The position numbers and the translations under genes are program-made. The notes beneath the pieces were generated by a model. The model worked only from the letters and a program-made list of their open reading frames with translations, was not told where the DNA came from and did not search any database. Of a stretch of 60,087 nucleotides of DNA, positions 23,948 through 35,154 are shown one piece after another. How positions within the stretch are numbered: position 1 is the first letter of the stretch; every line of letters starts with the position of its first letter. Source of the stretch: Nemertoderma westbladi. Lineage: Eukaryota > Animalia > Xenacoelomorpha. Location of the stretch: assembly GCA_032718475.1 (NCBI GenBank), contig JAUCBJ010002207.1, forward strand, positions 1-60,087, given 5' to 3'.

Positions 23948-25230
23948 AGTGGGGCCTTCGCGCAGCACGTGACTTAAATTTAATTTAAGTACTAATTCGA
24001 AAGTATTACTGTATTAGCAAATTTTAAGCAGATTTCGCCTAATCACTTTTTTTACCTCTTTCATTTCTATTCAGACATTTCTGACTCTAGCGGTATAGTG
24101 AGAACTGAAGATGGATTAGGGTCTCCAGCCCCACAAAGACACAGCCTATGGATGAATAGTACATACGTACATCGGCCAAGTTTCATCTTGAATAACAGAT
24201 AACGAAATGAGAGACGGATCTCACTTTCAGAAATTTCGTCGTATATCGGCAGACCGATTAAATCTCCCCCCCCCCCCACAAAGACGCAGCATGTGGTCCA
24301 GAATATATGGCAAGATTCAGCTTAAACTGATTAAAATTAATGAGACGGGAGAATCTATTCACTTTCAGGCATAAAGTAGTCCTATAGCGGGTGACTGTTG
24401 AACTGATTTTCAACAAAACAACTTTTCAACTTGGCAGCTTTAAATTCGACAAAGTTATAAGCATGTCAATATCATAACGACGACAACGATTTCACTTTCA
24501 GACCTTTGGCCCTCTAGCGGCAGACTGGAGAACTGCAGATGGATTCGCCTCCTTTGAAAGTCACAGCTAATGGTCTAATACATATCTGCCAAGTTTCAGC
24601 TTAAACGGATTAAAAGCAAAGAAATGGGAGGGCATTTAATGTTTAGACATGTGGCCCTCTAGCGGGAGACCATTGCACTGATGGTGTCTGAAAGTCTCTC
24701 AAAAATCTCAACTTTAGCTCATATTGATACCTACAAATTTTCAACTTGGCAGCTTTAAATCCGACAAAGTTATTAGCATGTCAAAATCGTAACGACGACA
24801 ACGATTTCACTTTCAGACCTTTGGCCCTCTAGCGGCAGACTGGAGAACTGCAGATGGATTCGCCTCCTTTGAAAGTCACAGCTAATGGTCTAATACATAT
24901 CTGCCAAGTTTCAGCTTAAACGGATTAAAAGCAAAGAAATGGGAGGGCATTTAATGTTTAGACATGTGGCCCTCTAGCGGGAGACCATTGCACTGATGGT
25001 GTCTGAAAGTCTCTCAAAAATCTCAACTTTAGCTCATATTGATACCTACAAATTTTCAACTTGGCAGCTTTAAATCCGAAAAAGTTATTAGCATGTCAAA
25101 ATCGTAACGACGACGACGACAACGACGACGACGACGACGACGATGATGACGACAACTATTTGCATAAATTGACCCACCCCCTAACAGTGTCAATTCGCTA
25201 AGGCTCCGCCAACTTCGTGGCTCGCCCCAC
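23948..25230 (-). mobile_element. Helentron-like non-autonomous element with internal 315-bp tandem repeats and a (GAC)n microsatellite
   Basis: Short inverted gtggggc/gccccac ends; ttcaacttggcagctttaaat at 24425, 24740 and 25055 (period 315); (cga)n at ~25107-25155. Confidence 0.65.
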
Positions 25231-25239
25231 ATATAGTCA

Positions 25240-25432
25240 TCATGTAGGCTTGCTTGCAGAGCCCCCCCCCCCCCTGGTGGCTGCGACTCACTAGGTCTTC
25301 TGAGCTACCCCCAGTCTCACATCCGACCATATTTCCATTATAGTACTGTAGTATTGCATTGTGTATCTATAATAATACTGTATTGTGTATCAATGGAAAA
25401 TAAACTTAAACTTAAATTGAATTGAATTGAAA
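25240..25432 (+). mobile_element. CR1/L2-type LINE 3' tail fragment
   Basis: Ends aaataaacttaaacttaaattgaattgaattgaa, a polyA-signal-like motif plus a short tandem tail. Confidence 0.4.
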
Positions 25433-25840
25433 ATAATTTAAACGAAATGTTAAATGCGGAGGAAAAAGAGAATTTGCTATAAAATGTCAATATTCCGACA
25501 CAATGACAAGACTCCAATATCCATCTACTGTTCTACCGTCTACATAAACAGATCGCCCAGTTAAAATCTTCAAAATCTCTAGTTCTGATTTTTGCCCATT
25601 TAAATGCTATTTTAACAGAGAAAACAATGATATCATTTGGTTTTGCTCACTTTTATAAATGGCTGAGCAAACATAACTTTTGCAATGCCTCAAAAATTTC
25701 ATTGCATTTTTATTTCCTTTTACTTTTAGCCAAATAAAAATTATACACAGTAAAATGGTAACTTTATTATCCAAGAAAATTCGAATGCGCCTAAAATGAA
25801 CTTTCTACATTTTAAATGAGGAAGCCAATGAAGATGCATT

Positions 25841-26395
25841 CCACTACCCGAACTTTATCACTTAGTGCTGGTTCGAAAGACCCCACTACCCGAACTTTAT
25901 CGACCTAGGGCTGGTTCGATGGACCCCACTACCCGAACTTTATCCACCTAGGGCTGGTTCGATGGACCCCACTACCCGAACTTTATCGACCTAGGGCTGG
26001 TTCGATGGACCCCACTACCCGAACTTTATCGACCTAGGGCTGGTTCGAAGGACCCCACTACCCGAACTTTATCCACCTAGGGCTGGTTCGATGGACCCCA
26101 CTACCCGAACTTTATCCACCTAGGGCTGGTTCGATGGACCCCACTACCCGAACTTTATCGACCTAGGGCTGGTTCGATAGACCCCACTACCCGAACTTTA
26201 TCCACCTAGGGCTGGTTCGATGGACCCCACTACCCTAACTTTATCCACCTAGGGCTGGTTCGATGGACCCCACTACCCGAACTTTATCCACCTAGGGCTG
26301 GTTCGATGGACCCCACTACCCGAACTTTATCCACCTAGGGCTGGTTCGATGGACCCCACTACCCGAACTTTATCCACTTAGTGCTGGTTCGATGG
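25841..26395. repeat. 43-bp minisatellite (~13 copies)
   Basis: Unit ccccactacccgaactttatccacctagggctggttcgatgga at 25881, 25924 and onward; no unique spacers. Confidence 0.95.
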
Positions 26396-26499
26396 GTTCG
26401 ATGGACTTGTTCAATTAATGGGATGGTGTAAATGATGTAATATTATGGTTTTGTTCAGAAATGGAAAAAATGAGAATGCGCGTCACCGGGGGTTGAAAC

Positions 26500-26545
26500 A
26501 GCGCTATACGTACGTTTCGGCCTAACAGGCCTCATCAGTAGCGCT
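26500..26545 (-). ncRNA. Minimal type I hammerhead ribozyme
   Basis: Reverse strand reads AGCGCUA-CUGAUGA-GGCC-UGUUA-GGCC-GAAA-CGUACG-UA-UAGCGCU: perfect 7-bp stem I, canonical core, 4-bp stem II, palindromic stem III, GUA cleavage triplet (cut between 26507 and 26506). Confidence 0.88.
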
Positions 26546-26602
26546 AACCAGCTCAGCCACTAGCCCCTGACATATTCACTCTCTCACATAAGTATTAAGA
26601 AC

Positions 26603-27112
26603 CACTTCTATTGAACAGACAGTCTTAAGTTGCATATCCTATCTCTAACAGTAGACCTACCGGCCTCAAGTATGTTAGAGTGAAACAGGAGGAAGTACAA
26701 ATAAATAAATATTCAGCTCGAGTATTGCTGCCAGGTGATATTATGGTGTCAATGATACCGATACCGATATGATATCCCCCACCACCAGTTCAGTCATAAA
26801 TATTGAACAACACATCTGACAAATCCAGTCAAACGCCTGCGAAATATTACTTAATATCACTTCTATTGAACAGACAGTCTTAAGTTGCATATCCTATCTC
26901 TAACAGTAGACCTACCGGCCTCAAGTATGTTAGAGTGAAACAGGAGGAAGTACAAATAAATAAATATTCAGCTCGAGTATTGCTGCCAGGTGATATTATG
27001 GTGTCAATGATACCGATACCGATATGATATCCCCCACCACCAGTTCAGTCATAAATATTGAACAACACATCTGACAAATCCAGTCAAACGCCTGCGAAAT
27101 ATTACTTAATAT
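26603..27112. repeat. 255-bp tandem duplication immediately downstream of the mucin stop codon
   Basis: cacttctattgaacagacagtc starts at both 26603 and 26858; the copies look identical by eye. Confidence 0.92.
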
Positions 27113-27113
27113 T

Positions 27114-27841
27114 TCAATTGAAGTAGATGAGAAATGGAATGAACAAAATAAGATACATTGAAACACCATTGTGTGATACAACTCCATCTGTAGTGGATGC
27201 ACCTTCTGTGGATTCTTGACTTGTAGCTAGAGTGCTTGTTGTTACAGGTTTGAGGGATAACTTTATAAGGGAATGACCAACATAATATTCAAATCCTTCT
27301 TCCATGACGGTTTCCAAAATGTGCTTTTTATCTGCGTAAACAAATACTGTTACAGGTATTGTACCAGAGACGTTATCACTACCAGGGCAAACCGATACAC
27401 CAAGGTCGAAGTTGATACTTCCAACATCTTGTGAAACCTTAGGCTCTATAATGGATTCAATAATATCACTGATAGTGAAATCAGAACAGGGAGAACAAGG
27501 TGTGTAGGTCATGATATAGTCGATAGGTATTTGAGAGATAATAGCTTTGATGGTATGTAATCTGCCATCTATTGGCATGCTGTAAGGGAATACTTCGAAT
27601 TTATCTTCCAAAACTTTCGTTAACTCAGTTGTGCTGATATTCGGATCGTTTCCAACAAATTTTATATCCACCTTGAACTCCGAAAAATCGCAACTGATAT
27701 TATTCATGCTTTGCACTGTTGCTGTTTCTTTTATAAAATCTTCGGTGACCTCCAGGTCTTCTTCCCATGTTCCATCACTTATGAAGTTCTCGCATTCACT
27801 TTGTGTAGCATTGATTACAAACATCAGATTAACAGTGTTTC
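27114..27841 (-). CDS. Terminal exon of a membrane/GPI-anchored mucin-like gene
   Basis: gttttatag acceptor (AG at 27843-27842), phase 1; ~240-aa acidic globular region with Cys pairs, then an S/T-rich stalk and hydrophobic C-terminus GVSMYLILFIPFLIYFN* with no cytoplasmic tail. Confidence 0.82.
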
Positions 27842-27974
27842 CTATAAAACAAAATGGCCAAACATTATTGTCGAACTATAGAACTAGAGCTGATCGATTT
27901 CGCTCAATCTAGTAGTACTGTAGTATTATTGAAACACAGGAAATACAAAAATAAACCACTAAATATCTAAATAG

Positions 27975-28028
27975 TGTCGCAGTATCCGAGTGGCGGATAC
28001 TGTGTTTGACCTGCTTACACAATACAGT
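27975..28028 (+). mobile_element. 5' part of a tRNA-derived SINE split by the Penelope insertion
   Basis: A-box-like tatccgagtgg; ends in tgcttacacaatacagt (28012-28028), which is duplicated at 32594-32610. Confidence 0.65.
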
Positions 28029-28125
28029 TTAGTAAGTGAGAACGTGCCCTTGTCACCGCGTTAAGCATAATATACTAGGTTTAGATTCAGAGACCAATTA
28101 AGGTGACAGAAAAATGGTGGATTAC

Positions 28126-28163
28126 TGAGTAATATTTCAGCCAACAGGCCTTTATCAAACTCA
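28126..28163 (-). ncRNA. Variant minimal hammerhead (U3-A8) in the inverted Penelope 3' copy
   Basis: UGAGU-UUGAUAA-A-GGCC-UGUU-GGCU-GAAA-UAUU-ACUCA; identical to 32498-32535. Confidence 0.6.
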
Positions 28164-28429
28164 AACAATCAGATATATCTACCAACAGAGAAGCACAGTA
28201 CAGACTCAGAATGCAATTCAAATTTCCCTCTAAAGACTGTTGCAGCAAAAAAGAAAAGATATACAGTACTTCAACTAATTTAATGTTTCTAATTTTAATT
28301 GCACCAAATTGAAAAAATGATTGAAAAAAGTCTATTCTAAATTTAGCGTGTGTCGTAATAGTAAAAAATATATAAAAAATGTATATAAAGAAATTGTTTT
28401 TGTACCCGTGATAATGTTTATATTACCTA

Positions 28430-29173
28430 CCATCCCGTATCGAAATCTTTAGCGTGCTGTATGTTAATGCTTGGTGTTTTTGTATGTATATATATAGATT
28501 GTGCTATTTTTCGATCTGACCAGTCCTTACATTGCCGTAGAGTTAGTACTTGAAAAGGATTTTGTATATTATCTGTATATATCTATGTATATTATACTAT
28601 TTGGGTGTTCTGAAAGGTAATGTGATGCCATACTACTACTCGATGTGTTTCCTGATCTAACTGAATTACGATGTTTCATTGTCCTGTCCCTAACCCTAAG
28701 ATATGATTCGCCTATGTACGTTTCGCCACAGATGTTACATTTAAGTTGGTAAACTATGTTCTTCTTAATACAATTTCTACAACCGTTGCTGCATGTATAA
28801 CAATCAGCATTAGGGGGGGGGGGGGGGGGGGGGGGGGGGCACTTGGGTTTGTTAATGTTAGAACGTATAAGAGTATTTTTTAATTTTGGGCCGGGAATTG
28901 AGACTAATCTTACATTATTGTGGAAAGGGGAATTTGCTATAATTTTCTTTACTTTGCGTAGGATGTTATCGTTGATGAAAGGTAGTGCTAAGGGGAGAGT
29001 ATCTTTATGCTGAATTGTTTTCCGGGAAGGTCCTCTCGTTACCTGATAGATTAATTTACCCACAAGAGCAACTGGAAAGTCATTATTAATCAGTGTGGTT
29101 CTTACAGAATTTAAACCTCTATTCTTACCCCCCGGGGTCGATCCTTGCTCGCTTAATAGGTTTATCGCGGTGT
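28430..29173 (-). pseudogene. Inverted copy of the Penelope GIY-YIG endonuclease region
   Basis: ORF 28569-29063 is nearly identical to ORF 31633-32232, with an expanded poly-C tract and a TA-rich insertion that introduces a stop. Confidence 0.85.
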
Positions 29174-29224
29174 ATTCTGGGAATATACCAGTATCATAGT
29201 CGTTTCACCCCCCCCCCCCCCCCC

Positions 29225-30351
29225 CCGATAAGGATAACCTAACCACGGATGAGCGAAGAGCACTGGATAAACTCTCAAAGTCGAAGAACATCGTTATTAA
29301 GAAAGCCGATAAGAGTGGCGGCTTTGCGGTATTCGACAGGAACGGTTACGTCGATAAAATCCATAGCGACATACTTACCGACACTAACGCATATAAAGTG
29401 TTACCACGCGATCCAACCCCACGTATTACAGCAGAGACTAACTCCGGCATCAAATCTATTTTGTGTAGATCAATGCCCGACACATTAACCGGTTCATTTG
29501 TAACTGTTAAACCCCGAGTTCCAGAACTATATGGAATTCCAAAAATTCACAAAATCGGTAATCCAATGCGGCCAATTTCGTCCTGCACGGGTTCTATTTT
29601 AGAGAAACCGGCGTGGCTCGTTACGCAAATTTTAACACAGGCTGCCGAGTTTGTTCCAGAACGTTTAAGGAACACCATAGACTTTATAAACAGGGTTAAA
29701 AAATTACCACCAATGCAACCAGGTGATATTATTTTCAGTACGGACATTGTTAACCTTTACACGAATATCCCTATTCCTGAAGGTATAGAAGTCGTTACAA
29801 ATTTTGTATCCAAACATGAACATGAAATAAACATGTTCGGACTTACAACGGCTGACTTTTACGGTTTATTACAATTGGCTGTTGCTAAAGGTTATTTTCA
29901 CTTTGAAAATAAGTATTATGAGCAGTCACATGGGATGGGAATGGGGAACCGATCAGCGGCCCCTTTCGCTATTATCTTTATACACGTTAAAGAAACAATA
30001 TTCCTCAACGACTACCACTTGTCACCTGAGTCCTGGTTCCGTTTCCTTGACGACGGGTGGTCCACGTGGAGCCACGGAGAGGATGAACTGGATAATTTTT
30101 TGGAATATTTAAACTCTTGCCACTCCACTATTAAATATACCATGGAGAAGTCTTTTTATAAATTACCTTTTTTAGATGTCCTTACCGTAGTTTACAACGA
30201 TGGTTTGATCGACTTTGAACTTTATGTAAAGCCATCAAATGCGGGAGTGCTACTAAACTTCTATAGTAAACATCCCAAGCATATGATCAGAAACACCGCG
30301 ATAAACGCTATTAAGCGAGCTAACAACTACAGATCGACCCCCATGGGGTAA
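29225..30351 (+). pseudogene. Penelope-like reverse transcriptase, 5'-truncated and interrupted
   Basis: IVIKKADKSGG, PELYGIPKIHK..NPMRPISS, FSTDIVNLYTNIP, YYEQSHGMGMG, WFRFLDD, LPFLDV, LYVKP. Confidence 0.92.
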
Positions 30352-30366
30352 GAATAGAGGTTTAAA

Positions 30367-31586
30367 CAAGCTGGCAAGCCTGGAGGGTTCACGGTCCTCC
30401 TACTTAATCAGTACAATAATAATAACCGATACATCATTGTCGAAACGTACCCAGTATTCGGGTACCGGCTGGCGGCTGACCGGTACGTTTTCGTTCGGGT
30501 AGGCCTATGTTTCCTTTTCACTTGTTCCCATCGTAGGCGACCTCATGCTCATCCCACCACGACCACGACCACCAGTTACGAGTTGGGTAGGCGTCTACCG
30601 GCAACCGGTAAGTAATTACGCGCCACACGACGTCATCCCGCCATCCGCCAACATTTATACCGGTACGGTAAGCCTACCACCTACCGGCTGGCTACCATCG
30701 CACCGTAGGTCTACCGCCTACGCCTACCGGTCAACCGGTAACGGTAGGCTACCGCGTACCGGTACAGCGGTACTCAAAGTCGTACCGGTATTGTCGTAAT
30801 TGACAAATGCAGGATTAAACCGTAACCCGTTCCGGTACCGGTACCATATGCATCTGAACGACTGGACGGTTAATCTCATAGCATAGCTGCATAGGCCTAC
30901 CGGTAGTCAGTGCGAAGTCGCCTGCGAACATGGCGAAATATTATATTTAAGCCAGGCATAGCCTACCTGATGGATAATAATAAACTGAAATGCTATGCCG
31001 GTCTGCCAGTCAGAAGTACCGGTACTTGGTACTGCCAGTTTGCTGCTATGCCAGTATGCGTAGCAGGTAGTGCATAGTGCTAAGATTGCTACCATCGGAC
31101 CGTACTAGCAGCGCAGACAATCAGACAGTACTAGCAGTCTAGGGCCTACAGGACTGCAGTACCGGTACTGCAGTATTGGTAATTGCTAATGCTAATTAAT
31201 TACCTTAATTAAATCTTCAATTAGGTCATAATGTAGGTCCAAATTTAAAAATCGGCCTCCGTTAATCGATTTAGAAATAATTCAGGTACCTCCATGCCAA
31301 ATATCAGAATCATTCATTGCGTTCCCTATGACAAGATAGCTTTTTCCTAAACCATGCGAAAACACGCAAATATAGCGCTCACATCGCACAAATACCATCT
31401 CGACACCCAATTTTTTGTATGAGCCTTCGCCATCCCTATATCTAACTTTTGTCCAAATTTTGTTTCGATTGATTAATAAATAACTGAGATATCGCTCTGG
31501 ACACACACACACACACACACACACTACACACACACACACACACATTACGGTAATAATGGTCACTTATGTCAAAGACCGTGAACCAA
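30367..31586 (-). mobile_element. Helentron-associated (HINE/DINE-1-like) non-autonomous element inserted in the Penelope ORF
   Basis: Sub-terminal inverted repeats ggttcacggtc (~30380) and gaccgtgaacc (31574-31584); terminal hairpin caggct-tgcc-agcttg; (CA)n at 31501-31543; no TSD. The uninterrupted site is visible in the inverted copy at 29101-29116. Confidence 0.8.
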
Positions 31587-32232
31587 TACTGTAAGAACCA
31601 CACTGATTAATAATGACTTTCCAGTTGCTCTTGTGGATAAATTAATCTATCAGGTAACGAGAGGACCTTCCCGGAAAACAATTCAGCATAAAGATACTCT
31701 CCCCTTAGCACTACCTTTCATCAACGATAACATCCTACGCAAAGTAAAGAAAATTATAGCAAATTCCCCTTTCCACAATAATGTAAGATTAGTCTCAATT
31801 CCCGGCCCAAAATTAAAAAATACTCTTATACGTTCTAACATTAACAAACCCAAGTGCCCCGCCCCCCCTAATACTGATTGTTATACATGCAGTAACGGTT
31901 GTAGAAATTGTATTAAGAAGAACATAGTTTACCAACTTAAATGTAACATCTGTGGCGAAACGTACATAGGCGAATCATATCTTAGGGTTAGGGACAGGAC
32001 AATGAAACATCGTAATTCAGTTAGATCAGGAAACACATCGAGTAGTAGTATGGCATCACATTACCTTTCAGAACACCCAAATAGTCTAAAAATACAAAAT
32101 CCTTTTCAAGTACTAACTCTACGGCAATGTAAGGACTGGCCAGATCGAAAAATAGCACAATCTATATATATACATACAAAAACACCAAGCATTAACATAC
32201 AGCACGCTAAAGATTTCGATACGGGATGGTAG
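31587..32232 (+). pseudogene. Penelope-like linker plus GIY-YIG endonuclease
   Basis: LPFI..., KCP..DCYTC...C..C linker, NIVYQLKCNICGETYIGES...R..KH...HYLSEH. Confidence 0.9.
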
Positions 32233-32497
32233 GTAATATAAACATTATCACGGGTACAAAAAATTTCTTTATATACATTTTTCATATATATTTTTTTTTA
32301 CTATTACGACACACGCAAAATTTAGAATAGACTTTTTTCAATCATTTTTCAATTTGGTGCAATTAAAATTAGAAACATTAAATTAGTTGATGTACTGTAT
32401 ATCTTTTCTTTTTTGGTGCAATAGTCTTTAGAGGGAAATTTGAATTGCATTCTGAGTCTGTACTGTGCTTCTCTGTTGGTAGATATATCTGATTGTT

Positions 32498-32535
32498 TGA
32501 GTTTGATAAAGGCCTGTTGGCTGAAATATTACTCA
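32498..32535 (+). ncRNA. Variant minimal hammerhead (U3-A8) in the Penelope 3' region
   Basis: Stem I tgagt/actca; core TTGATAA plus an extra A; stem II ggcc/ggct; GAAA; palindromic AUAU stem III. Confidence 0.6.
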
Positions 32536-32593
32536 GTAAACCACCATTTTTCTGTCACCTTAATTGGTCTCTGAATCTAAACCTAGTATATTA

Positions 32594-32822
32594 TGCTTAC
32601 ACAATACAGTAGTGTTTAAAGGCGCAGGTTCGAATCGGACTAAGAGGCTGTAGAAAATTTGCACTGTTGTGTCCCTAGATAAGACACTTTAGACATTAGT
32701 GCTTACGCCAACCCAGCGGTATAATGGGAACCTGGCATTGCTGGGGGAACAAATAATAAAAGCGCTTTGAGTATGCTGAGCATAAAAAGGCGTTATATAA
32801 ATAATCAATATTATTATTATAA
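32594..32822 (+). mobile_element. 3' part of the tRNA-derived SINE with an L2-like tail
   Basis: B box ggttcgaatc at ~32627; tail aagcgctttgag...aaaaggcgttatataaata...tattattattat. Confidence 0.7.
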
Positions 32823-33738
32823 TGTGTCATAAGAATTCAATTGAAACACCACCAGATCTTATATTTAATCGGTGTAGACACTGTGTAGAGGAGGCACCAG
32901 GCACTAGTCTACTACCCAGCATCATCTAATATTAGTACTGAGTGTCAATGCATCATGTACTATTATATCGCGGTAGCCAGCTAGATCTTAGAGTACATGG
33001 ACGGCCTGTAACCATGTGGATGAGTCTGTTTTAACTGGTTTTGTAGGGATGGGATCTATATGTTAAGGAATGTTTTAGGAAGAACTAGCCTCTAGTAATA
33101 AACAGTCACCAGTAATAGAACAAGTCTGAATCTGACATCTGCTGTTCGCGCTTTTAGACCTTTAACAGTTTAACCTGTTAATTTACGTGTCTTATGATTT
33201 CTGATAGCCCGTACAAAATATGACCACAGCAGAAGCCAGTCTAGCGCGGCATATGACCCACTGTGTGTGGGAGACTGAATTCAATGACCAGAATGAGGGG
33301 TAGGCTACTTTGTATTATTCGATTGATCTCTACTATATAATCTCCAAAAACTATGTTTATTTTCAGGGAAATACCAACAGTTCCTTTATAGTTTTACATT
33401 CTTTAGGAATGTAGAATTATTCGCTTACACTGACTTTACTGGCAATAGTACTGAAACACGCTAATTTGCCGACTGTCACCAATTTTACTCACATATAAGG
33501 ATACATTTAGGGGGGGGGGGGGGGGGGCTATGAAACAGCATGAACGCATACAAACCACTGTAATTTGAGCCAAGCAATTGTTACTAGTGTTCCCCTCTGC
33601 TTTCCTCAATAATAAAGAAAGTTAGGTGAATTATTGATTATTCATAAGTATTCTCCAAATATAAGCATCCATTGAATAGGTTACCAATAACAATGAATAA
33701 CAGTATAAAATTATGCGGTGCCGGCATTCAATCAGCAG

Positions 33739-35154
33739 TCAGATGTTTGTCATTGATTTTGTCACATTACGGTATACATATGTAAACAAAGCTCGCATAT
33801 ATCGAAGTACAACCAACTCGTCTACGCTTTTGATGTCATGGCCAAAAGGGCAATCCCAACTGGTGTGTCCCTTTAGTTGGAAGTGGTGACACTGTGTCAC
33901 AAACTGCGGACAGACAGTGAAGATATGCTTATTATTAATGCGACCATAAGCGCAATAAATCTCCAATGACAGTTCTCTCACAGCTTGTACCTGCTGATGT
34001 AATTTACGTTTGTCTAAGAAATCATCAGTTCCCTTTCCAATCTTTTGATGGATCGCTTCAAGCGCATTCTTTACTATACTTTCTTCCACTTCAGTAACAG
34101 GTTGGATTGGTGCCAAACCAGGCCGATTATACGGGTTGAAAGGGGAGATGTCCTTGTCCCAATCCGGTTAGGTATGTAGGACGAATATCCAAGGAACCAA
34201 CAGCTGAAACGCCACTGATTAATTGTTCAAATCGTTCATTCGTTAATGTCAAATCGTTAATGTCAAATCGTTAATTGTTCAGGTAAAACCAGATATTTGA
34301 ACAGCGAGGGTTGAGGGGGTCTGAGCGAGTATTCCAGAACTCTGATCATAGGTTTACTTAAGGATCGTTTGAGTCGAGCGATTGTGGGTTGCACGTCAAA
34401 CAGAGTTCGCTCAAAACTCCCTTAAGTATAGCGTGTGAAACTATGTTTAGCGCAACGTCTCCGCAGGTGCTTATAGCGTTCTGTTTGTTGATTGGGTCTA
34501 GGGCATTCATCACAATAATACCAACGGCGACCTTTCTCCCGTTTTACAGTATTCATCCATCTGTTCGAAGTTGTCTGGTACAACAGGTAGCGGTCGATTC
34601 GCCGTAAGGTACATCATAGTGAAATATAATCGTTTGAGTTTGATCATAGGGTCAGGATGTATACCTTGAGGTTATCGAGTTTCCAAGTTCTGATGACTAG
34701 CGATGTTGAGATAAGTTTCTCACAGGAACTCCAAATATTCGTAAAAGTTCGTGCATATGTCTGGTTCTTCCACATCTTCCCTTTCAAGACAATTTCTAAT
34801 AGAGTTTTCATGTTTGATCCGCGGCTTGTCATTCCGACTCCGTTGTGCATGAAATTTGAATAGAATCATCTCTGTTTCCGTATCCAATTCATCTGTATCA
34901 TGCAAATCAATAGGATGACCAGTAGTTTGGAAATCCATATACGTACCATTTCGATGCGTATAGTGCGAGGTGAATTTTCTATAATCTAATTCATGCTTAA
35001 GCTGTTCCTCGGTCATTGGTGGTTCGATGTAACGTCCATCATCGGCTGTCGTAGATTGACTATCGTCACCGCTCAACAAGCTATCGAGAAACGCTTGTAG
35101 AGGTTGTTTATATCTCTCCTTAATACTAATGTCTTCCTCTATCAATACAGTCAT
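33739..35154 (-). pseudogene. Decayed intronless ORF of unknown origin with a degenerate zinc-knuckle-like motif
   Basis: Co-oriented ORF pieces 35154-34720 and 34116-33739 with coding-like sequence between them; CHHFQLKGHTSWDC resembles CX2CX4HX4C with the second Cys lost. Confidence 0.45.

Larger units (their letters stand above)
28062..32599 (+). mobile_element. Penelope-like retroelement (RT plus C-terminal GIY-YIG, Cys-rich linker as in Neptune/Naiad types) with an upstream inverted 3' copy
   Basis: 28062-29173 is an inverted copy of the element's 3' part; RT at ~29225-30351; endonuclease at 31587-32232; 17-bp flanking duplication; hammerhead motifs in both 3' copies. Confidence 0.9.

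Noticed and set aside
25841-26395. CRISPR-like array (43-bp unit)
   Set aside because: Head-to-tail minisatellite without variable spacers.
29225-32232. Selenocysteine-recoded Penelope (Naiad-type UGA codons)
   Set aside because: No in-frame TGA was seen in the RT or GIY-YIG segments; the breaks are a frameshift/TAA and an insertion.
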